This document shows positions 14,001-26,533 of a stretch of 64,000 nucleotides of DNA, in pieces. Under the pieces are notes generated by a model. The model saw only the letters and a list, made by a program, of their open reading frames with translations, was not told the DNA's origin and did no database searches. How positions within the stretch are numbered: position 1 is the stretch's first letter; each line of letters begins with the position of its first letter. This DNA is from Adineta vaga (lineage: Eukaryota; Animalia; Rotifera), in assembly GCA_021613535.1 (NCBI GenBank), contig CP075496.1, positions 12,276,001-12,340,000 of the forward strand. The letters run 5' to 3'. A program made the translations under genes and the position numbers.

Positions 14001-17000
14001 CAACAGATTGAGAACGTAACGCACAAGGCGTCAATTGGTAAACATTTTGTTTTCACACTTTTTTCTTTTCAACAATGTTTGATCCTTCGTTTCGTCGTTG
14101 TCCGACAAGCCCTAAGGGATTTTGTTATCCGCATTGGAACTGTCGATCAAAAAATAAAATATAAAATGAAAACGACTTCGGAAAAATATTGACAGACATA
14201 TGTCTCTTGACGAATATCCGTACGTATGTGAAAGAGAAAGAAAAATCTAATGCAATTCAAGTATAATCGACAGCTTCTATTTAAGGCGAATGACAAATAT
14301 TATCTTATATATAGATGTATATGTTTAGGTTGACGCTTGAGAATCGGTATTGAACGATGACAAGTGGAAATCGGGAAAGAAATAGAGTACACAACGTTTT
14401 ATTTATCTGCATAATGGATGCGATGGCCGCAAGCTACTGTTAGCTTGTTCACTTTAGTAGTTTTTCTTTTCTAATCTATTTAATAGTCAAACGACAGATA
14501 AATACAGAAGAATTACAAGAATGATAATGATTACCTTACTATGTAATCAACTAAATAAAAAAAACCCGAATGAAGACAAAGTTTTCTAATCCAACAGATC
14601 ATAGAAAATCTTCATCTCATTTCAATTTTCTTTTGCTTCTAGACATTTTTGATATGTTAACAGAAAATTAATCATTATACACTATATATATTCGATAAGT
14701 ATGAGTGCTCTCTCTCTCTCTCAATAAATCTTTCAAGCGTTAACGATGCGAACAGCATGTCAATGATGTACAATTGTTTATATGAAAGATATTCGAATGG
14801 TTGACTGGTTTAACACTCAGATAACATTTGGTTTTGTCTTGCACTTCTCAAATGTGTTGTTTAGAACATTGTCTTTAATATAGAAAAAATTAGTACAAAG
14901 TACCATAGACAGATGTTCAAGCGTAAGTTGAGTATCTCATTAGACGAACTTTCAATGAGTTGCGGAGAAAAGAAAAAGAGATGTATCTCTTCAATCTGTG
15001 TAATAAATTTTATTTCTTTTCATATCATTTGTACACATGTCGTTTAGAGTGAGACTTCAATGTCATAACATTTTGTCATTCGATTGTACTCTAATATTGT
15101 GTTGAAATAGAAAATTAACTTCATTTTTGCTTTTTCATTTTTTTTTGAACATACTCGACTTTTCCTCTCAACTATCTAGCAATGTTTTATTCGATGATTG
15201 TACATGGTGAGCGCACACATCGAAGTTAACTGCGTAAAGAGCAATGAAACTCAAAACAGCAGGGAATCTTTTTAACAAGACTAGCACAAATCAGATTGAA
15301 ACATTCATCTACATATTATATATGACACATATATTGGAGTGTGTTGTCTTAACCGATAATGATATCTATTCTTGTGTGTGTGATTTTAACACTTCATTTC
15401 AATGAAGATAATATTTGTAGATCTTTCGTTTTCTCAACTAATGATTCACTATTGAAAAGAAAAGGAAATGAGAATGCCACTATTTAATTTGACATACGTA
15501 TATACACACTAATACTGAATCGTGCTATGCAATGAATGACATGACATCCGTGAGACGCTCATGCACATTCATTGATAATGATGATTATAAGATGAAAAAA
15601 AAGGTGTTTGTAGATGGCGAATGTATTCTTTGCACGAGACTGAACAAATTCCGTCTGACAATCGTTTCCGATCTCAGACTGATCTTACCTTCTACTTATT
15701 TGACAACGAAATGAAGTGTATATGATAAAGGTGTAAAAAGAGGAAATTGATCGTTTCCGTCAACAGAAAGATATAAAAAGTACTTATTACTTGTACCGCT
15801 TTTCTTCATGATTATATTTTACTCTAACAATCCTTTCTTTTTTCTTATCGATTTCTGTCATCTGTATCATTTATAAAATTTTGTTAATTTGCCTACGAGC
15901 AATTTGCAATCATCATAACACAAATATCTCGTTAGTTGAAATCATTCAAAACACTTGTGATAATCTATATTAAGATAGTTAGACACTCCGCCTTTCCCTT
16001 TTTCTTCTCTTCCGTTATTCTCATTTTTCTTATCGCAGTTTTGATGTCATCATCATCATCATTTGATGAAGAGATGTCTCTCAAATATTCCTACAGAATA
16101 AATGTTGTTAAGTATAATCTTTCTCTTGTCATCAGTTCTGTTCAGCCAACTGATTGAACAGAATATTATAAGACGACGAAACATTAATGCGCATGTCATG
16201 TAAGACCATAGTCTCTTGAGAAAAAGCAGACAACTACGGATTATCATGACAGTTCGATTGCTGATGAATGTTCTCGTGAGATAGAGAACAAGCAAGAGTC
16301 CAACTGGAAAATAACAGACGATAAGTGACATGCAACAATCTCTTTTTTTTTCTATTAAGATTGATATGAAATACACTATTGCCATTCGATACACATCCAC
16401 ACATGTCGACACTAAATGATTTATTCATGATTGCTTGCTTACTCTATACTAAATGCAGATGAAAGAGATAGCAGAAGCAAAGAAATAAAAAAACGTACAA
16501 GAAAGGCGCAATTGATAATTATGTTGATGACAATTCGTTTCTTGCACGCACATGTGTAGAGAACAAAAGATCATTGCGCTTGCTGAATAACAATAATAAT
16601 CATAATATCGAATGAATTTGAAAGTAGATACAAATTTTATCATGATTTTAAATGCATATCAATCACGTTCCTCAAGAACGTCGCTCTCTCTCTATTAATT
16701 AATCTTGATTTGACTGACGATCATCGGATTTTCTAATTCAGGGCAATATTGCAATGATCACCTTGTAGACATATTTTTTAATCGAAGTAAAAGTACATTT
16801 GTGATTGTATCTAATGTTGTCCTTGAAAGTTACACAAATCAATATAATCTAAAAATTGTTGCTTTTTTGATCGATTTTTATTGAACAATTCTTCTCATAT
16901 AATTTCAACCATAATACTTGATTTATCAAACGTTTTGAACAGTCGTTTTTCGGCGTACATAAACAAGCGACACAGTTCAGACCTATCTTTATTAGTCTAT

Positions 17001-17106
17001 AGGTGCAAGCCAATAGTATGTTTGCTTATTTATTCTTCCCTCTCTTCCCTTCTCTATTTTGAATTCGAATAAGTAAAGTTCAATTTCAAACTTCATACAA
17101 TTCATC

Positions 17107-18970
17107 ATGTTTGAATCTCCACAATCGTGGCAATCGACATCGTACTGTATGTTTCTCGCAGATTTCTTGAGTTTTATTTGATGAATGATTTCAATTCTAT
17201 AGATGATTGTACTGGTCGTGGTCGTCCAAAAGGGTTCTGTGTTGAAATTTCTATGCCACATATTTCATCTTCAATTGAAATGAATTCATTTGATAAATCT
17301 AACACAATATCTTCATTAGAATCATTTCCTGAACTTATTCCACCGTCTGTTCCCTTGTCTAGTGATGATTATGAGGAAGAAAAAACTTCCCGACATTGAA
17401 ACGAATAATTCTAAATCGATGATTGAAAATGTGAAGGATACGAAACAAGTGCTTAAAAAGAAAGAAAATTATGAATTACCGATTGTTTCTCAACTTATTC
17501 AATTACCATTAAAACGCGACGAACACCAACAATTGTCAATTGTTCTTGTACCATGTTTACAATTTCCTGTATCATATATTTCACCAAGTGAAATGACAGT
17601 AGAATTCTGGCGACGATATCATACGATGCGAGTATCATTTTCTCAAAAAGAAGTTGGATATTTTTCAACAGCTGATCGTGCTGATCGAACGCGATGTCGT
17701 GAAGATCGGCGATATTTAAAAAAATTAATTTATCCTTTAGAACAAAAAAAAGTTCATTTTGATCTCAATATCGGTGCTGAATATCTGAATATAAAAGTGG
17801 GTATTTTCCTTCCTATAAAGTTTCAATTCTTTATTCTGAACATTATTTGCTTTTAAGGAACCACCAGCTTCACTTGATTCAATGTTATGGTGGATTCTTC
17901 GACATAAAAATGTATTATTTGTTGATAAGAAGTAAAAATGATTTTCTGCCATTTTCGTTTTGTTCCATTGCACTAATTTAGATTTACTTTTGATTTTTTA
18001 TCATGGCGTGGGACATTACGTAAAATAATGTCGTCTCTATTCGATTCTGTTCTTGATTGGCGTATTGGAGTTATTCGTTGGAATGGTTGTCATTTCATGA
18101 TGGTTTTTCATACTGAATCTGAATTGAAAATAGAAAATGACCAAACATTATAGACAAACGTATGCAATATTGGGGACATAAATTTGAAGATTATATTACA
18201 TCAGAAAATCCATCTTTAATTCCATCACCCAAAAAGATCTTCTCAACAATGAATAAAGCTACACTTGGTCGTCATAATTTACTCTATAGTTGTGAAATTG
18301 ATGCTTGTACAATAAATTCAACATTTCATGAAGATACAAAACAACAAGGTACTTATGTAGAAGTCAAAGTCACATATGCAAAACATTTACTTGATTTAAA
18401 TATTGCTTCGTAAGTAAACTTAAACATTAATTCTACGAACAGTATAGAATAACATGATTATTTCATTTTTAGTTCTCGAAAATATGCAAAATGGTAAAAA
18501 AGAATTGAGGAAAATTTGATTTTTGAACTATTCTATTGGATATCATAGGTGGCAACAATGTTATTTAGCTGGTATGAATCATATGCTACTTGGTTTTCGA
18601 GATGATTGTGGTATTGTTCAATGTTTACAACCACTCGGTGTTAAAGATATTGAAATTCGAGCAGTAATATTGAGTTTTTTTAGCTATTAGACGAATATAT
18701 CTCTTTGATTTCTTCTAGAAATCATGGAGTGCTAGTGCATTTATCTCATTTTTGGATGAGTTCTGTTCATTTATTCAACGAACAATAACAAAAGATAGGT
18801 TGGTACATAAGAAAATATTGTTTTTTTTAGTGAGCTATTTTACATAAATATCTTCTAGAGATGTTTATCTATTTTATTATTCTCCAAAAGAGAAAAAAAT
18901 TAAATGGCGTCTTTCAAACGAAGAACAATATCGATTTCTTCCGGACTGGTTTATTGAAGAACTTTCTTGA
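17107..18970 (+). CDS. DXO: DXO/Dom3Z/Rai1-family decapping exoribonuclease, multi-exon, two apparent frameshifts (~17380, ~18150)
   Basis: Family motifs in order: FLSWRGTLRKIM, YWGHKFE, LLYSCEIDA, YVEVK, KWWQQCYL, GFRDDCGIV, ending FLPDWF; TGA 18968-18970. Confidence 0.85.
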
Positions 18971-19121
18971 GTAGAACATTCGTTTGATGAAGTATGTAAA
19001 AAAATTAATGTTACGGTTTCTTTTTGTTTTCAGTTAATATATTTGTAATAATTTGTTATTAATTAATAAAACTTTGAATAAATAATTGAATTCGAAAAGC
19101 GCCTTGCATTTTCTCTACTCA

Positions 19122-19445
19122 ATGATCATCATTCATCTTCTCTTTTGGTCATTGATTCTTTTTCTCATCTATATTTTAATCAAATGTCGTGAATATATCA
19201 ATGCAATAAGTCTTTTTTTTGGTGCATTATTCATTGAAAAACTTCATCTTACTAATGTTTTATTCGATAATTCAATTTATCATGTTTTTAGTAATTATTT
19301 CTATTGGCTTGTGAAAAGTAATCCATTAGTTATTATTATCAGTATATTCATAACTATTTCGACATTTTCAACGCTTTTGGCAATGTTTAAACAATGGATA
19401 AAAATCGGTGTACTCGTTACAATATTGTATTGGTTTAGTAGTTAG
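19122..19445 (+). CDS. Small hydrophobic orphan protein with 2-4 predicted TM helices
   Basis: Uninterrupted 107-codon ORF from ATG 19122 with alternating hydrophobic segments; no family recognised. Confidence 0.45.
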   Translation: MIIIHLLFWSLILFLIYILIKCREYINAISLFFGALFIEKLHLTNVLFDNSIYHVFSNYFYWLVKSNPLVIIISIFITISTFSTLLAMFKQWIKIGVLVTILYWFSS

Positions 19446-19592
19446 CAGAGAGCGAGAGGAAAAAAAATAATTAAATCAAACTGAAATTGTTTTTCTTTCT
19501 TCGAACTTCTGTTTTTTTTAACTTTCTGGTCGAAAGAAGAATGTTAGATGTTTTTCTCACGTATTTATCATTGATTTGTGTGTGTTGAAAGA

Positions 19593-20875
19593 ATGTTGCA
19601 AGATTACCGTCGACAAATAAAAATCAGACCATTCACAGCAAAATCGAATGGTAAAATCGAATAAGATCAGTTTTAATCTTTCTATATTTTGATTAAAATA
19701 GATCGAACTTCAAAGCAATTGAATAGTAATTTATCGATTGTGACAGATATATCACTTCTGTCGATTTCAAGTTCATCAAAAAGTAATGACAATAAAAACG
19801 AAATCGATTATGATTCATCAAGTTCTGAAGAAAGTGTTTCGATTGCGACAATTGATGAAGATGAAGATGAAGATGAAGATGAAGAACACAAAGTTCAACA
19901 AAATGGTCTTGATTCATATATTTTTAATAAACATTTAAATCGAATACCAAGTACTATTAGTAGATTACGCAAAACTGATATTGATCAATCTATTTATGAT
20001 TTATTTAATGATAATAAATCAATCAAATCTTGCGAAATGGATGATTACAATCCATGTTCAATTCAAGGTCCACCATTTGCTGAATATCTAGATCAGTTAA
20101 GAAGATCAAAAATGGCAATAAAGCCACCATCACGTCCATCAGCTTTCATTCCAGTTCGAACAACACGAGCAGAACAACTAAAACTAGCTAGACAACGATC
20201 AGCTATAAACAATGCATCTAATCAATATACAATGAATGCTTTTCCGAAGGTGTCACAACAAAAACCATCGCCTAATGTACCAAAGCAACAGTCACCGATA
20301 CCTACAACCAGTCGCATGTCTCGTCCAACGACCAGTGGACATAATGGTAGCTACAGACGTGCAAAATCTGCTCAATTATGTCAGACTGCACTCAGTTCAA
20401 ATCGACCATTACGATTTTCGGCTCTTCTTTTAAAACAAATTCAACAAGATATACAGAATGAAGAAGGCAAGTATAGGATTAAAATACAAACAGTATTGAT
20501 TCAGACTTTTCTTCCTGTTAAATAGCACAATATCCACCAATAACCTGTGCCCTCCTTCATGAACATTCGAATGCACCATTGAATCATCGATATAAAATGA
20601 AACGTATTCATCGATGGCTTGAAAAACTCATTCCAAAAGACTATCTCGAATATAACGAATATGCCTCAAATCAAAGTACACTTAGTACTAACTTTTCTGA
20701 CAGACTCAACGATGAATATGGTTTTCTATCTGATGATAAATATATTGTTGGTTCTGATCGAACATATGCTGAAGCACATCGTCTATTACCAATATTTCAG
20801 TCAGAAGTTCGTCGTAAAATTCAACAATGTAATTTTTTATCATCCCGTCTTCAACTAGATTTATATACTATGTAA
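19593..20875 (+). CDS. Uncharacterised low-complexity protein; exons 19593-19650, 19702-20466, 20526-20875
   Basis: ORFs 19689-20525 and 20579-20875 join in frame through a GC-AG intron; acidic tract (DEDEDEDEEH) and Ser/Pro/Arg-rich region. Confidence 0.65.
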
Positions 20876-21050
20876 CTTCAAGCTACACCATTAAACTTTG
20901 TTTTTTGTTCTCAAATACAGACATGATAAATCATTCACCAACTAGAACTAAGATATACACACAAATGTCAATATAAAATGAATTCCAAAAAAGAGGGTCC
21001 CTCAAAAAAAGCGTAGGAGAACAAATGTCATTGATTAAAAATATAAATAT

Positions 21051-23234
21051 TCATTGTAATTCAACATGTTTGCGTAGTGTTGTTGGACTGGTCGCTCGTG
21101 CCATTGTACGACTGACAGATTGCATTGTTAGTGCCATTTGTGAAATATCATCCCAACGTTGTGATTGAATTAAATCTTCTAATGATTTCAAACGATCAAT
21201 TTCTTTCACACGACTTTCTAAATCTTGAATTTCAATGCGTAAACTACGTGTTAAATCTTCTTCACTAGCAAGCTAAATGAATTTCCAAGGAAAAAATGAT
21301 CTAATGAATGCGAAGTTGAATATTTTATTCCTTACTCGTTGTTTTAGTGTACTAACAAGACCGGTTAGTTGATCCTTGTCACGTCGAAGCATATTGGTTT
21401 CATCTTGTAAACGTGTATTACGTAATTCATATTCATTCAAATCACGTTGAGCACTTAATGCATTTTGATTTTCAATAGTTAATTGTCGTTGTAATTGATT
21501 TGACTAAAAATATCCACAATGTTAAATCAAACTTTGAATTATTCTTTCTTACTCGTCCTTCGAGATCTTGATTTTTTGCTAATTCAGCTTCTAATTTAAT
21601 TTGAATACTTTCAACTGTACTACGTAAAGTTTGTTCTTTCTTTCGTAAGGCAGCAACTTCTTTATCTTTTGCTTGTAATGTATTCGTACGTTCTTGTACT
21701 GAAAAACGAAGCTATTAAATCACAAAAACAATTGTAATAAATACAAAGATAAATTTCAAATATGAATTACCTGATCTAATTGTCGTTCAAATTCTTTTGT
21801 TAGATTTTCAAGTCGTGCAACTTCTTTCATTAAAGCACCTTTCTCATCGACTAACTAAACGAGAAATAGAAATGTGTTGAATGATTGAGAATGAATTGAT
21901 TTTACATACTTTATTACGAAGAAATTGAGCTTCATTATAACGATTGTCATGTGATTTTAATTCTTGTCGAAGGCTATCAATTTCTCTCTGAAAGAACAAT
22001 ACATAAATCGGACAAAATGATCATGACAAACACACCTCTAATTCAGCAACCATTCCTTGAAGACGATCTCTTTCTCGACTTGCTAATTGATTATCATTAA
22101 GACTTCGTTGTAATTCATTTGATTCTAATTTAATATGATAAACTTCATCTGTTAAATTTTTATTTTGATTCAATTGTTGTTCGAGCTAAGAAGTAAACAA
22201 ATTAGATTCGAATGAGAAATATTTTTGTAAGGAATAAGAAACCTGTTGTTCAAGTAAATGAATTTTAGTCTGAGCATTTTTTAAGTCATCAGCGGAAACA
22301 CGAGATCGATCACGTATTTTTTGTAATTCTTGATCACGTGTTCGTTTTTCTTGTTCAAATACTTCGCGAGCTCGTCGTAGCATGTCAAGTTCATCGAGCA
22401 AGTTTTGTTTTTCAATGTCAAATTTTTCTATTGAAAATAAATAGCATGAAAATGAAAAATTTTTTTTTCAAATAATTCTCTTACGACGAAGTTCATCTAA
22501 TGCAATAGTTAAACCATGTTTTTCACTTGATAATTGATCGAATTGAGATGATGTATGAACAAGATTTCGTTGTAAATCACTACGTTCTTGTTCGATTTTA
22601 TAAACACGATCATCATTTAATGATCGATTGAGTACAATAGAATTTTTATTCAATTGATCACGCGTGCACTGTGAGTTAAGGAGAATAGAATTTCTTATTT
22701 CCTAGATTTAAAAAAAAAACGAGAAGAACTCAAATGAGAAAAAGGATATAGATAATGGCATTCGGTTTCCAAATAATAGATTTGTTCTTGTAATTGTCTG
22801 ACATATTCACTTTCGAGATTCTGTGTCGATGAACTAGTTAAACGTTGTTGTGTAACATTTGATCGGCTAAAATAAATCAATCAATCATTTTAAATATTTT
22901 CGATTAAATATATCTAGTCACAGTCAAAACTATACTATTGAACGCAATGACAAATCGATATATGAATAGTGTTTATCGTTATCTTCATCTATAATCGTCT
23001 CTTGTTTCATTTTTCTTATATTGTGTGAAAAAATGATTATAGTGACAATCGATATGAGAAATTATAATAGAAGAATTAGAGAACGAGTGACCGTAACGAA
23101 AGCTACATTGTGAATTTTTATTTGAAAATCAAATTTCTTCGTCTTCTTTTTTTTTCTAACATTTCAATAAATTCTCTTTAGGTCACTGACTCTAACCTTG
23201 ATACATACACACTCCTTCGATTACAACCAAACAT
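21051..23234 (-). CDS. Long coiled-coil protein (possibly ciliary/centrosomal), ~10 exons incl. one U12 intron; first exon tentative
   Basis: Heptad-rich exons (EYVRQLQEQIYYLETECHYLRDQL...; DLESRVKEIDRLKSLEDLIQSQRWDDISQMA) separated by short introns; TGA at 21053-21051; candidate first exon 23234-23209 with phase-compatible GTATGT donor. Confidence 0.75.
22664..22749 (-). other. U12-type (minor spliceosome) AT-AC intron
   Basis: Minus strand: 5' site ATATCCTTTT, branch site TCCTTAAC 11 nt before terminal AC; removal restores the frame CHYL/RDQLNKNS. Confidence 0.88.
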
Positions 23235-23572
23235 TCAATCCTTGAATAGTTGATTGCATATATTAATTTTTTCTTTCATTTTCTTTCCTTTTTCCCATCA
23301 ATAATGCATAAGAATGGACAATGCATATTAAGACTTTTCGTTCTCTACTCTCTATTGACATATATTTATTCACTAAAATGCAATCATTTAACTATTCCCA
23401 TAGTAAACAGACATACACACATGAAATGCATGTGAACATACTCAACAGAGCAAGTCACGGTTGACCAGTTTTTTTTCTCTCTTATCTTCTGTTTTACATC
23501 GAGCTCACATCGTTGATCGTTTGTGTTCATTTGCTTTTTTTTCTTATCAAGAAGTTCACTCTTTAACTAACG

Positions 23573-24364
23573 ATGGGTTCAATGCAAACAACTAATAACC
23601 ACCATAAACGTTATCAGACACCGTTATCATCTCCAAAATCTATGCAAAACAAACGAACAGATCGTTTTCGTACAACAGTTCGTAGTGCAACACTTCGAGC
23701 ATTAGCTGCTCGAAATTTTCATAATTTTGGTTCATCATCAAATGATTCGACAACAAATAATAGTGTATGTACATTGCCGAATACTATTACAACAATTAAT
23801 TCTCAAAATGACGTTGATCCATATTTAAGTGACTTTGATTATCGAAAATTCTCGACATTAACTGGTTTATCCGAAGAAAAAATCAATGAATTACATCGAG
23901 AATTTTTAATTCTTTCAAATAATGGTCACTTATCCTTTGAACAATACAGATCGATGTTTGAAACTGTACCAATTCAACGAACGCCAGCACAATTAGAAAA
24001 ACTAGCTCGACAAACATTTGCTATTTTTGATAAAGATGGAAATAATTATTTAGATTTCGCTGAATTTATCGCAGCTTACATTACAATGGAGAGAAACGAA
24101 ATTTCTCTACAAGATACATCTCTACGAAGAGATTCAGCAATATCACCACCTGTACCACCACCACTACCACCTCCGCCTCCACCAACAATCACTACGATAC
24201 GACGTCATGCAACAACTTATTATAGTCCACAAAAAACTCTTGTTAACGCTTCACCATTTATCTCACGTCGACCAATGCATCAACCAAATAACTACACCAC
24301 ATATCATCATTCTCAATCATCAGCACGATATGTCTATGTCACTCCTCAATATACATACAGATAG
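23573..24364 (+). CDS. Intronless EF-hand protein related to the N-terminal half of neuronal calcium sensors, with Pro-rich tail
   Basis: MGSMQT N-myristoylation-like start; TGLSEEKINELHREF...GHLSFEQY (EF1-like); FAIFDKDGNNYLDFAEF (canonical EF-hand). Confidence 0.8.
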   Translation: MGSMQTTNNHHKRYQTPLSSPKSMQNKRTDRFRTTVRSATLRALAARNFHNFGSSSNDSTTNNSVCTLPNTITTINSQNDVDPYLSDFDYRKFSTLTGLSEEKINELHREFLILSNNGHLSFEQYRSMFETVPIQRTPAQLEKLARQTFAIFDKDGNNYLDFAEFIAAYITMERNEISLQDTSLRRDSAISPPVPPPLPPPPPPTITTIRRHATTYYSPQKTLVNASPFISRRPMHQPNNYTTYHHSQSSARYVYVTPQYTYR

Positions 24365-24923
24365 AAGAAAATCAGAAGATAACTAAAAAAAAAGAAAATC
24401 TTTGTTTATTTTGTTTTCCTTTACTTGAAATCTTGTCCAGTAGTTGTTCGTTTTCCACTGGTTGATCGAAGTGATGTAGTTTTTGTTCGATGCCACTTTT
24501 GAGAATCTGTTAACGGTGCCGTACAGACCGGACATTTCTCCATTAATGTTGACATCTTGAAAATAACAAGGTACAGAAAAAGAACACAACAATAACGGTT
24601 TTCAAACAAAAAATTCCATCTTCTTCTATTGTTTTTCTTTTTTATATTGAAAAAAAAACACGTCAAAATATATGAAAAAATCAATAAGTATTGTCATAAT
24701 CAAAATGTTTTGTTTCATTTCTCCTTGACAATCCTCTTTTGAATAGCAGAATGAAAATCTATGTATGAAGAATTGTCGCTATAGGTCGATAATCATTTTT
24801 TATATGGTTCTCTTCTTAACCGGTAAAAATGTACACTTCATCAAAGAGAAAGTCGGATCAGATCTCTTTAAAAAAATATTCACATCGACTTCTATTTTTA
24901 TTTGCTAACCAGGTTCTCATAAT

Positions 24924-25924
24924 ATGACACGAGCCACTGAATCATACGGTAAATAAGTAATTACATATCATCCGATTTTCGCGTTTACGTTTAAAATTTA
25001 GATTATATATTTAAATTTTTAATTGTTGGAACTACATCAACTGGTAAAACTTCTATATTACATCAATATCTTGAAAATAAATGTAAAAATAATCTATTTC
25101 TGATTGATGAGGATATATTATCATAGTCTGATTGTAGTTAAACATGATACTGCACATACAATTGGTGCTGAATTTGGATCGAAAGTAATAAATGTTGGAA
25201 GTAAAAATGTCAAATTACAAATTTGGGATGTATGGTCATAATTCTTCTTATTACATATTATTCTTTATGAAATATTGTATTTAGACGGCTGGTCAAGAAC
25301 GATTTCGATCAGTAACACGTAGTTATTATCGAGGTGCGTCCGGTGCTTTACTTATCTATGATATCTCCAAGTAAAGAAACTGATTTATTTGTACTTGCTT
25401 TTTAACTTTATCTTCATTTGTTTTAGTCGTGAAAGTTACAATGACATTACGAATTGGTTAACCGATGTTCGTACTTTAGCCAGTCCAAATATTGTTATTA
25501 TTTTATGTGGTAATAAAAAAGATTTAGAAGATGATCGACGTCAAGTAACATATCTCGAAGGTAGTCGATTTGCCCAAGAACATGGTAAATGACTACTTTT
25601 ATAGTATATGAAAGAAATACGTTTTTTTTTAAATAGATTTAATGTTCCTTGAAACATCTGCATTAGCAAATGAAAACATAGCTGAAAGTTTTAATCAATG
25701 CACACGAATTATTCTGACGAAAATTGATTCAGGTCATTTTCTCTTCGGTTTTACGATTCAAATAATTTCTTCTAATAATTTTTCTTTTAGGTATTATTGA
25801 TCCATTTCGTATGTATTCAGGTATTCAATGTAATCCTACATCTATTGCTGCTCGTCAAAATGACACTACGACAAATAATGCTATACAGAAATCAAAAATT
25901 AATTGTACTTCATGTCAAACATGA
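24924..25924 (+). CDS. RAB4: Rab4-like small GTPase, 7 exons
   Basis: [81 protein letters not shown]; Cys-containing C-terminus. Confidence 0.88.
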
Positions 25925-26430
25925 TCTAATTTTCATGATATTGTCTTTGTTGAACTATGTTTTCTCTCTCTCTCTCTCTCTTGAGAATATCTACGACAGA
26001 CTTATTCTGATAAATCAGATATAAATCATGACAATTTTGTGTTTCTCTTCGCTAATGCTGCTCTTTTATTTTTGCGCGTGTAAGCTTCGAAAGGTAACAA
26101 TGCTCGTAAAAAACAATAATATATTTTATGATCAATGATTTCTTTTGATATACTTTATTGTCTCAAGCATCTGTAGGATAAACGGATTAAATGATAAAAA
26201 AATGTATTCGAGATTTATTCGACGAAATACGAATGACGTGTAAGACTATAAAATACGAATCTAATGTTATTTTTGTCTTACATATGAATAATAATAGACT
26301 AACGACACCTATCTATTGAAATTTAAGATTCAAGATAAATCTGTCAAGATTTTATATTTTCTGTTCAATTAGATTGGAAAAATAATATTCAGAAAATTTC
26401 AATGAAAATCAATTGGTTTCTAAGCAAACG

Positions 26431-26445
26431 GTTACCTTGGTAAAC
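26431..26445 (+). promoter_or_regulatory. Candidate RFX X-box upstream of NME7
   Basis: GTTACCTTGGTAAAC, an imperfect palindrome ~90 bp before the ATG of a ciliary gene. Confidence 0.35.
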
Positions 26446-26533
26446 GAGTAATCATGGCTATCTGTCTATTAAGCTAGTGAGTTTGTTCGTTCTTAGATAC
26501 TCTTTGATTGATAACTTCACAAGCGAAAAGAAA

